From assembly GCA_013041995.1 (NCBI GenBank), contig JABDRA010000153.1, positions 1 through 36,959 on the forward strand: DNA of 36,959 nucleotides, written 5' to 3'. Below, one piece after another: positions 29,617 to 36,959 of this stretch; positions within the stretch are counted from its first letter, which is position 1; the number at the start of each line of letters is the position of its first letter. The position numbers and the translations under genes were made by a program. The DNA is from Anderseniella sp. (GTDB taxonomy: Bacteria; Pseudomonadota; Alphaproteobacteria; Rhizobiales; Aestuariivirgaceae). Below the pieces are notes generated by a model. That model saw nothing but the letters and a program-made list of their open reading frames with translations. It ran no database searches and was not told the origin of the DNA.

Positions 29617-30900
29617 ATGACCAATCTTGACGAACTCGAGCAGATCAAACTTTTTGATCTTAAGCAGAAATCTCCAGCTGAGCTGTTAAGCGCGGCGGAG
29701 GAGCTTGAAGTTGAAAACGCCAGTGTGCTGCGCAAGCAGGAACTGATGTTCACGATCCTGAAAAGCCTGGCTGCTCGTGATGTCAACATCATTGGGGAAG
29801 GCGTTGTTGAAGTCATGCCCGACGGCTTTGGTTTCCTGCGCTCGCCTGATGCCAATTATCTTGCCGGCCCGGATGATATTTATGTCAGTCCCAGCCAGAT
29901 CCGCAAATTCGCACTGAAGACCGGTGATACAGTTGAAGGCGACATTCGCAGCCCAAAAGATGGTGAGCGGTACTTCGCACTGTTGAAGGTCAACTCGGTC
30001 AATTTCCAGGAGCCGGAAAAGGTTCGCCACAAAATCCATTTTGACAACCTGACGCCGCTGTACCCGGACGAGCGACTGTTCATGGAAGTGAATGATCCGA
30101 CAAAGAAGGATTACTCAAGCCGTGTCATCGATCTGGTGGCACCATTCGGTAAAGGCCAGCGCGCCTTGATCGTGGCGCCGCCACGGACAGGTAAAACCGT
30201 TCTGTTGCAGAACATCGCCCAGTCGGTGGCGACCAATCATCCCGAGTGTTATCTGATTGTGCTGCTGATCGATGAACGCCCGGAAGAAGTGACCGACATG
30301 CGCCGTTCGGTGAAAGGCGAAGTTGTGAGTTCCACGTTTGATGAACCGGCCAGCCGCCACGTACAGGTCGCCGAAATGGTGATTGAAAAGGCAAAGCGCC
30401 TAGTTGAACACGGTCGTGATGTGGTGATTTTGCTGGACTCAATTACCCGGCTTGGACGCGCCTACAATACCGTTGTGCCGTCGTCAGGCAAGGTTCTCAC
30501 CGGTGGTGTCGATGCCAATGCACTACAGCGGCCAAAGCGGTTCTTCGGTGCAGCGAGAAACATCGAAGAAGGCGGATCGCTTACTATCATCGCCACGGCG
30601 CTGATTGATACGGGCAGCCGCATGGATGAAGTCATCTTCGAAGAATTCAAGGGAACCGGTAACTCGGAAGTTGTCCTTGATCGCAAGGTTGCGGACAAGC
30701 GTGTCTTTCCTGCCATGGACATCCTGCGGTCCGGCACTCGCAAGGAAGAGCTTCTGGTCGATCCTGTCAATCTCAAGAAGACCTATGTGCTGCGCCGGAT
30801 TCTCAATCCGATGGGTACCGTCGATGCAGTTGAGTTCCTTCTGGACAAGCTGCGCCAGACCAAATCCAACGATGACTTCTTCGATTCAATGAATGCCTGA
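29617..30900 (+). CDS. rho: Transcription termination factor Rho
   Basis: [24 protein letters not shown] and FEEFKGTGN motifs. Confidence 0.99.
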   Translation: MTNLDELEQIKLFDLKQKSPAELLSAAEELEVENASVLRKQELMFTILKSLAARDVNIIGEGVVEVMPDGFGFLRSPDANYLAGPDDIYVSPSQIRKFALKTGDTVEGDIRSPKDGERYFALLKVNSVNFQEPEKVRHKIHFDNLTPLYPDERLFMEVNDPTKKDYSSRVIDLVAPFGKGQRALIVAPPRTGKTVLLQNIAQSVATNHPECYLIVLLIDERPEEVTDMRRSVKGEVVSSTFDEPASRHVQVAEMVIEKAKRLVEHGRDVVILLDSITRLGRAYNTVVPSSGKVLTGGVDANALQRPKRFFGAARNIEEGGSLTIIATALIDTGSRMDEVIFEEFKGTGNSEVVLDRKVADKRVFPAMDILRSGTRKEELLVDPVNLKKTYVLRRILNPMGTVDAVEFLLDKLRQTKSNDDFFDSMNA

Positions 30901-32916
30901 TTTCAACAGATCTTCCGCCTTGGTTACGGGCAAATTGCAAGTCTGATTGCGGCACAGGAATACAGCCGGCTCATCAAGGCCGGTTTTTCCTGATGCGGGA
31001 TGATCAGCAGGTAACTCCTCGTCCCTGCTCACTTGCATGATCAATCGATTCGGAGACGAAATCTTCAGACATGCCTGGTGCAGACTTGTGAAGTTTTCAT
31101 CTTCCGGTTCACCAACAAGAACAAGCTGGGTCTGTTCGGCCAGTGCGGTGAAGGCCAACCAGGCAGTTGGACAGGCAAACGGGTTTCTGGTCATGTGCGG
31201 TTTGAGCCATTCGAAAACGGCCTCTGCGGTCTGCTGATAGTTCGGCTTGTTCATATAGGCTGAGAGCTTCCACAGATTGATGACCATCGTTGCGTTGGCA
31301 TTTGGCGTCACATCATCATTTGCATACTTGTCACGAACGATAAGATCCGTTGCGTCTTTTGGCGCCATTGAAAAGGCGCCGTCATCCGGGTCGAGATAGT
31401 GCTCTATGGCCTCATCCATGAGTTTGCCGGCCTGCTCTATCCATGACCGATCAAGCGTCACTTCATAGGCCGTAAGGTGGGCTGAAATCAGCAACGCGTA
31501 GTCATCTGCGGTGGCGTGGCTCCTCACCTGGTTGTCTCTGAAACTGTGATGCAGCCGCCCGTCAGCTCGTAAATGGGTTTGCAGTTTTTCAAGCGTTGCC
31601 AGAGCTGTTTGTTCCAGTGCCGCATCTTCAAGGGTAACCGATGCATTCAAGAGTGCAATGACCGTCAGCGCGTTCCAGTCAGTAAGCGCCTTGTCATCCC
31701 AACCCGGCGCAATCCGGTTGCGTCGATAGGCCATCAAGGTTTCACGTGCTTGGGCCAATAGGGCCTCGTCGGCATCGGGTAACTGGTCGGGATGATCAGT
31801 GCGGTTCAGGATATTCGTGTGTTCCCAATTGCCCTCGCCTGATACGTCGTAAATCTCACAAAAAAGACGTCGTGTCGAATTGGTTAACAAATCGTTAATT
31901 TCCGATTCGGACCAGCAATAATACTTGCCTTCCACCCCTTCGGAGTCTGCATCATAGCTGGAGGCAAACAGGCCTTCCGGGGTTTGCATGTCGGATATCA
32001 ACCAACCCACTGATTGTTCGATTCGCTGGCGGAACAGTTCATTGGGCGCTAAGTTCTGCATCTTGCACAACAAGGTTATGTACTGGGCATTGTCGTACAG
32101 CATCTTTTCGAAGTGTGGCACCAGCCATTTTTCATCAACGGCGTATCTGGCAATACCGCCGCCCAGATGATCATAGATGCCGCCCTGGCTGATTTTGTTC
32201 ATGGTCAGCCAGACAGGTGCGTCATATCCCCTGCCCGGGTGTGACTGGTGCACGGACCACAGCAACTGAAAAAACGGGCCTTGCGGGAATTTGGGCGCGC
32301 GGCCTATGCCACCGTTTTCCGCATCGACTGCCCCGATCACCTGCTGTATCATTTGTTCAAGCAGCTCATGGTCGGGATCCGGATTGCTGCTGGCGGGTGG
32401 TGGCGCACTCAACCGATCCAGCAGAGCGTCGGTATTTGTGGTGATCTTTTCCGGTTCTGTCTGCCATATGCGGGCGAGCTCGTTCAGTACATGTGAAAAT
32501 GACGGCCGCCCGAATTTTGATTGCGGTGGAAAATAGGTGCCGCCCCAGAACGGTTTCAGGTCTGGTGTCAGGAACATGGTGAGCGGCCAACCGCCCTGCT
32601 CTCCCATCACGTGAAGCGCATCCATGTAGACGCGGTCAATGTCCGGGCGCTCTTCCCGGTCGACCTTGATGTTGACGAAGTGCGCATTCATCAGCTCTGC
32701 AACGGCACAATCTTCAAAACTTTCATGGGCCATCACATGACACCAGTGACAGGCCGCATAGCCGATTGATAGAAGGATTGGCTTGTTTTTAGTGCGGGCT
32801 TCGTTAAACGCTTCATCACCCCATGGAAACCAGTCAACCGGATTGGTGTCATGCTGGAGCAGGTAGGGACTGGTTTCTTTAGCCAGCCGGTTCTTTGCGG
32901 CAGTCGAAGTCGACAT
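30886..32916 (-). CDS. YyaL/DUF255 thioredoxin-domain protein (SPATA20-like)
   Basis: [34 protein letters not shown] and [11 protein letters not shown] motifs. Confidence 0.94.
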   Translation of the reverse strand: MSTSTAAKNRLAKETSPYLLQHDTNPVDWFPWGDEAFNEARTKNKPILLSIGYAACHWCHVMAHESFEDCAVAELMNAHFVNIKVDREERPDIDRVYMDALHVMGEQGGWPLTMFLTPDLKPFWGGTYFPPQSKFGRPSFSHVLNELARIWQTEPEKITTNTDALLDRLSAPPPASSNPDPDHELLEQMIQQVIGAVDAENGGIGRAPKFPQGPFFQLLWSVHQSHPGRGYDAPVWLTMNKISQGGIYDHLGGGIARYAVDEKWLVPHFEKMLYDNAQYITLLCKMQNLAPNELFRQRIEQSVGWLISDMQTPEGLFASSYDADSEGVEGKYYCWSESEINDLLTNSTRRLFCEIYDVSGEGNWEHTNILNRTDHPDQLPDADEALLAQARETLMAYRRNRIAPGWDDKALTDWNALTVIALLNASVTLEDAALEQTALATLEKLQTHLRADGRLHHSFRDNQVRSHATADDYALLISAHLTAYEVTLDRSWIEQAGKLMDEAIEHYLDPDDGAFSMAPKDATDLIVRDKYANDDVTPNANATMVINLWKLSAYMNKPNYQQTAEAVFEWLKPHMTRNPFACPTAWLAFTALAEQTQLVLVGEPEDENFTSLHQACLKISSPNRLIMQVSRDEELPADHPASGKTGLDEPAVFLCRNQTCNLPVTKAEDLLKSGIH

Positions 32917-32951
32917 GGGTTGAAGCTACCTTGTTACTGGATTGAAGTCAT

Positions 32952-34271
32952 ATGCCGGGTTCTGTGGATACGATTTACGCATTGTCGTCGGGTTCGGGCA
33001 AGGCAGGTGTGGCAATTGTGCGCGTGTCGGGTCCCGAGGCCGCAACGGCATTGCGTGTTTCATGTGGACGGGTGCCGGCAGCACGCGTTGCCGAACGGGT
33101 GTCGGTATCGGTGTCGCAAGGTACCGTGAAACTGGATGAGGCGATTGCGTTGTGGTTTCCGGGACCCGGCAGTTTTACCGGCGAGGATGTTGCAGAGTTT
33201 CACCTGCATGGCAGCGTAGGCGTCGTCCGGCTGTTCCTGGCAGAGCTGGGTTCACTGGAAGGATGCCGGCCGGCAGAACCGGGCGAGTTCACCAGGCGTG
33301 CCTTGTCAAACGGCAAGATGGACGTGGTTGGCGTCGAAGGACTGAACGACATGCTGGCGGCTGAAACCGCCACCCAGGTAAAGCAGGCCTTGTTTCACGT
33401 GGATGGCAGAGCGTCTGAAATATTCCATCAATGGCGCGACGAGCTGATTGACGCCAGTGGGTTGGCTGAGGCCTGCATTGACTTTACCGACGAAGAAGGC
33501 GTGGCGGATGCAGCCCTGCCAAAGGTGCGTGACAGCATTGCCCGGCTGATCGCGACCATGACTGAGAATCTGAAGGACAGTGAACGCGGACATCTCAACC
33601 GGGCAGGGGTGCGGGTGGTGTTGGCCGGGTCACCGAATGTCGGAAAGTCGAGCCTGCTGAATGCTATTGCGGCGCGGGACGTGGCCATAGTCAGCAGTGA
33701 GGCCGGCACGACGCGAGATGTCGTGGAGGTCTCACTCGACCTGGGCGGCACCTCAATGATCATCAGCGATACGGCCGGTCTTCGCGACAGAGTCGATTCA
33801 CATGTGGAACAATTGGGCATTGACCGAACGCATGACCGTCTGTCGCACGCTGACATCGTGATCAGTGTCGCGTCTCCCGAGGCTGATTGGCAGAATACCG
33901 GTGTCGATTCACCTACGTTACGAATCTGGAACAAGTCTGATATGGCGCCATCGCACCGGAATGCAGCTTGCGACCTTGAAGTGTCTGCGCTGACTGGCGA
34001 CGGAGTAGAGGACCTGATGGACCGGTTGACCGGGATGGCCGCAGAGCTTGCCGGCAATGGTGAACCGGCGCTGCTGGTGCGCGAGAGGCAAGTGCAGGCA
34101 GTAAGGTCGGCGCTTGCGCATCTGGAAAAGGCACTGCAGCCGGACCTGCCGATCGAGCTGCTGGCTGAAGAGCTCAGACGCGCGGCACGTGATACCGGCA
34201 GGCTGATCGGCGAAGTGGGAACGGAAGACCTGCTGGACAGCATCTTCTCAAAGTTCTGCATCGGGAAATAG
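32952..34271 (+). CDS. mnmE: tRNA modification GTPase MnmE (TrmE)
   Basis: SFTGED, GSPNVGKSS, GTTRD, DTAG and NKSD motifs. C-terminal FCIGK. Confidence 0.98.
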   Translation: MPGSVDTIYALSSGSGKAGVAIVRVSGPEAATALRVSCGRVPAARVAERVSVSVSQGTVKLDEAIALWFPGPGSFTGEDVAEFHLHGSVGVVRLFLAELGSLEGCRPAEPGEFTRRALSNGKMDVVGVEGLNDMLAAETATQVKQALFHVDGRASEIFHQWRDELIDASGLAEACIDFTDEEGVADAALPKVRDSIARLIATMTENLKDSERGHLNRAGVRVVLAGSPNVGKSSLLNAIAARDVAIVSSEAGTTRDVVEVSLDLGGTSMIISDTAGLRDRVDSHVEQLGIDRTHDRLSHADIVISVASPEADWQNTGVDSPTLRIWNKSDMAPSHRNAACDLEVSALTGDGVEDLMDRLTGMAAELAGNGEPALLVRERQVQAVRSALAHLEKALQPDLPIELLAEELRRAARDTGRLIGEVGTEDLLDSIFSKFCIGK

Positions 34272-34290
34272 AGACGTCTCGTGGCGGGAT

Positions 34291-34306
34291 GGTTTCACGT
34301 GAATCA
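34291..34306. promoter_or_regulatory. parS site
   Basis: GGTTTCACGTGAATCA, 14/16 to TGTTTCACGTGAAACA. Confidence 0.8.
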
Positions 34307-34314
34307 TCGATATT

Positions 34315-34330
34315 TGTTTCACGTGAAACG
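34315..34330. promoter_or_regulatory. parS site
   Basis: TGTTTCACGTGAAACG, 15/16 to consensus, in the mnmE-mnmG spacer. Confidence 0.92.
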
Positions 34331-34377
34331 AAGACTTTTTTGATGTTTATCCATAGTTCGTGTATGGAGCGGGCACG

Positions 34378-36258
34378 ATGAAACAGATCCTGAAGACAGA
34401 TTACGATGTGGTGGTGGTCGGCGGTGGCCATGCGGGTTGCGAGGCGGCAAGCGCTGCGGCGCGTCGTGGCGCGAAGACAGCCCTGGTGACCCACCACAAA
34501 TCGACCATAGGAGAAATGTCGTGCAATCCCGCCATGGGCGGATTAGGGAAGGGCCATCTCATCCGTGAAATTGATGCACTGGACGGCCTGATCGGCAGAA
34601 CAAGCGACAAGGCGGCGATCCAGTACCGGCTTCTCAACCGGTCAAAAGGGCCGGCTGTTCGCGGGCCACGGGCGCAGATTGACAGGAAGCTTTACCGTGA
34701 CGCCATGCAGGCGGAGATCCTGGGTCACGAAAATCTCACTGTGGTTGAGGCGGCGGTTGGCAGCTTTTCGATGCGGGACGGCAGCATTTGCGGAATTGTG
34801 AGTGAGGACGGAACAGAGATCTCTGCGGCGAGTGTCGTCCTCACTACAGGCACGTTTCTTGGCGGTCTGATTCATATCGGCGAGAAGAAGATACCTGCGG
34901 GCCGTGTCGGTGAAGAACCGAGCAATGGTTTGTCCCGGGTTCTGCGTGATACGGGGTTGCAGATCGGACGCCTGAAAACCGGAACGCCACCGCGGCTTGA
35001 TGCATCCACGATTGATTATTCAGGCCTTGAGGAGCAGGCAGGTGATGAACACCCGTTTTATTTCTCGACCCAAACGGGCCATACCCACGCACCGCAGATC
35101 AGCTGTCACATAACCCATACCAATGCCGGCACCCATAGGATCATCTCTGACAATCTGGAGAGATCGGCCATGTATGCAGGTTTCATCGAAGGGACCGGGC
35201 CACGGTACTGCCCATCCATTGAAGACAAGGTCGTCAAGTTTGCCGACCGGGCATCGCACCAGATATTCCTCGAGCCTGAGGGGCTGGATGACATCACCGT
35301 CTACCCGAACGGTATTTCAACCTCGCTGCCGGAAGATGTGCAGGCCGCTTACGTCCATTCGATCGCCGGTCTGGAGAATGTGAAAATACTTCAGCCGGGC
35401 TATGCCATCGAATATGATTATGTCGATCCGCGTGAACTGAATGCTTCGCTGGAGTTGAAGAAGCTGCCAGGCCTGTTTCTGGCCGGCCAGATCAATGGAA
35501 CGACCGGGTATGAAGAAGCTGCCGCACAGGGCCTGGTAGCCGGGGCAAATGCGGCTGCCCGGGCGTGCCGGCTTGACGAGTTGAACATAGACCGGTCGCA
35601 AGGCTATATCGGTGTGATGATTGATGACCTGGTGACCAGGGGCGTCAGCGAACCCTACCGGATGTTTACCTCGCGTGCCGAATACCGCCTGTTGCTGCGT
35701 GCCGACAATGCAGACCAGCGTCTGACGCCAATCGCCATCGAGACGGGATTGTGTTCCCAGCACAGGAAGCGGCGGTTTGAAACGAGCATGCAAGACCTGG
35801 CCGGCCTGCGTGCCACATTGCAGAAACTCACACTCAGCCCGCATGCAGCCGAGAGTGCGGGTCTGCCCGCCAACAAGGATGGCAGGATCAGGTCGGCGTA
35901 TGAGTATCTTTCCTATCCGGATATCGATTTCGCGCGATTGTGTGAGGTATGGCCTGAACTGGCGCAGACCGCCAATGACCTGCGCGAACTGGTTGAGGCA
36001 GACGCCATTTACGCGACCTATGTCGACCGGCAGAAAGCCGAGATAGAAGCATTCAATCAGGATGCGAAGATCACCATTGCGCATGACATCGACTACGGCC
36101 TGATTTCAGGGCTGTCCAATGAAGTTCGCCAGAAGCTCGCGGATCGGCGTCCGGAAACAATCGGCCATGCAGCCCGCATCGACGGAGTGACCCCGGGTGC
36201 GCTGGTGCTGGTAATTGCGCATATGCGAAAACGCTCACGTGCCAGGTTGGCGGGCTGA
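34378..36258 (+). CDS. mnmG: tRNA uridine 5-carboxymethylaminomethyl modification enzyme MnmG (GidA)
   Basis: [29 protein letters not shown] and [13 protein letters not shown] motifs. Start at ATG 34378 behind GGAG. Confidence 0.99.
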   Translation: MKQILKTDYDVVVVGGGHAGCEAASAAARRGAKTALVTHHKSTIGEMSCNPAMGGLGKGHLIREIDALDGLIGRTSDKAAIQYRLLNRSKGPAVRGPRAQIDRKLYRDAMQAEILGHENLTVVEAAVGSFSMRDGSICGIVSEDGTEISAASVVLTTGTFLGGLIHIGEKKIPAGRVGEEPSNGLSRVLRDTGLQIGRLKTGTPPRLDASTIDYSGLEEQAGDEHPFYFSTQTGHTHAPQISCHITHTNAGTHRIISDNLERSAMYAGFIEGTGPRYCPSIEDKVVKFADRASHQIFLEPEGLDDITVYPNGISTSLPEDVQAAYVHSIAGLENVKILQPGYAIEYDYVDPRELNASLELKKLPGLFLAGQINGTTGYEEAAAQGLVAGANAAARACRLDELNIDRSQGYIGVMIDDLVTRGVSEPYRMFTSRAEYRLLLRADNADQRLTPIAIETGLCSQHRKRRFETSMQDLAGLRATLQKLTLSPHAAESAGLPANKDGRIRSAYEYLSYPDIDFARLCEVWPELAQTANDLRELVEADAIYATYVDRQKAEIEAFNQDAKITIAHDIDYGLISGLSNEVRQKLADRRPETIGHAARIDGVTPGALVLVIAHMRKRSRARLAG

Positions 36259-36264
36259 GGAGAG

Positions 36265-36951
36265 ATGGCGCAGACATGGTTAATTCCTGAAAGTGTTACG
36301 CCAGATGACTTGCCTGAAATTTTCAATGTTTCACGTGAATCATTGGAAAAGCTGCGCGCATATGTTGCGGAACTGTTGCACTGGCAGGCCAGCATCAACC
36401 TGATATCGCCGTCAACGATCAGCCAGGTCTGGCATCGTCATATTTGTGACGGGTTGCAGTTGTGTGAACAATTGAGTGGAACCGAAAGCCTGATCGTTGA
36501 TATCGGCTCGGGTGCAGGGATACCGGGTGTGCCGCTCGCAATATGGCTTGCGGAGAAAAATCCCGCCGCCGAGGTCGTGTTGATCGAGAGCAATGCCAAG
36601 AAGGTGGCGTTCCTGAAACAGGTGAGCAGGGTGTGCGGTTTAAACACCCGAATCATAAACGCGCGGGTAGAATTGCTCGGCAGATCGGATTTGCAGCAGG
36701 TTGTCGATGTGTGTGTGGCCAGGGCCTTGGCGCCATTGCCGGGATTATTGGAACTGACAGCGCAATTACCGGTTCATCCACAACGAATGTTGTTCCTAAA
36801 GGGACAAGATGTAGATGTTGAATTGACCGAGGCCACTAAATGTTGGAATATTTCGTTCTGCAAACACTCAAGTCGCACCCTGCAAGATGGCTGCATTCTT
36901 GAAATTCATGAGGCCGAACGTGTCAGCGAAAATACTAAAGCATCCGACTAG
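36265..36951 (+). CDS. rsmG: 16S rRNA m7G527 methyltransferase RsmG (GidB)
   Basis: W...INL, WHRHI.D, DIGSGAGIPG, ARALA and LKG motifs. Confidence 0.96.
   Translation: MAQTWLIPESVTPDDLPEIFNVSRESLEKLRAYVAELLHWQASINLISPSTISQVWHRHICDGLQLCEQLSGTESLIVDIGSGAGIPGVPLAIWLAEKNPAAEVVLIESNAKKVAFLKQVSRVCGLNTRIINARVELLGRSDLQQVVDVCVARALAPLPGLLELTAQLPVHPQRMLFLKGQDVDVELTEATKCWNISFCKHSSRTLQDGCILEIHEAERVSENTKASD
36327..36342. promoter_or_regulatory. parS site inside rsmG
   Basis: TGTTTCACGTGAATCA, 15/16 to consensus. Confidence 0.85.
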
Positions 36952-36959
36952 TCCAACAC

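Noticed and set aside
31738-31753. parS half-site in the yyaL-like gene
   Set aside because: Only 10/16, and the palindrome is incomplete.
33056-33406. Degenerate parS-like sequences in mnmE (33056-71 and 33391-406)
   Set aside because: Only 11-12/16 matches with a broken right arm. They could be weak sites but are not supportable.
33428-36084. Long antisense ORFs over mnmE and mnmG (277 aa and 255 aa)
   Set aside because: They are Ser/Arg-rich or motif-free shadows of conserved genes.
1-36959. CRISPR arrays, tRNA/rRNA genes, toxin-antitoxin or defence systems
   Set aside because: No repeat-spacer periodicity or cloverleaf/rRNA signature was seen, the intergenic gaps are short, and the ORFs are otherwise accounted for.

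Overview
Replication-origin region of an alphaproteobacterial chromosome with Hyphomicrobiales/Rhizobiales-type gene order (the genus cannot be assigned from sequence alone). Most of it is a conserved housekeeping backbone: alkB (partial) divergent from dnaK-dnaJ, dapB-gpmA, a Cada2-like Ada/Ogt regulator, nth, a PfkB kinase, hisB-DUF2628-hisHAFE-coaA, hslVU, tim44-mltA-smr-HTH divergent from fxsA-secB, PSRP-maf-aroE-coaE-dnaQ, a probable oriC, hemE-hemJ-rho, a YyaL-like gene and mnmE-mnmG-rsmG with parS sites. One accessory insertion of about 2.9 kb lies between secB and dnaQ. It holds a truncated YybH-like remnant and an intact 683-aa vanadium-dependent haloperoxidase of red-algal/cyanobacterial type. 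The 5' leader of that gene can fold into an RBS-occluding multi-stem RNA whose landmarks resemble a miniaturised Moco/Tuco riboswitch; this is the best candidate for something undescribed, and it is unverified. Also present are a Bru-RS/RIME-like miniature repeat that supplies the coaA stop codon and a structured dnaK leader. No rRNA, tRNA, CRISPR array or transposase was seen. Family and motif comparisons are from recall, not from searches.
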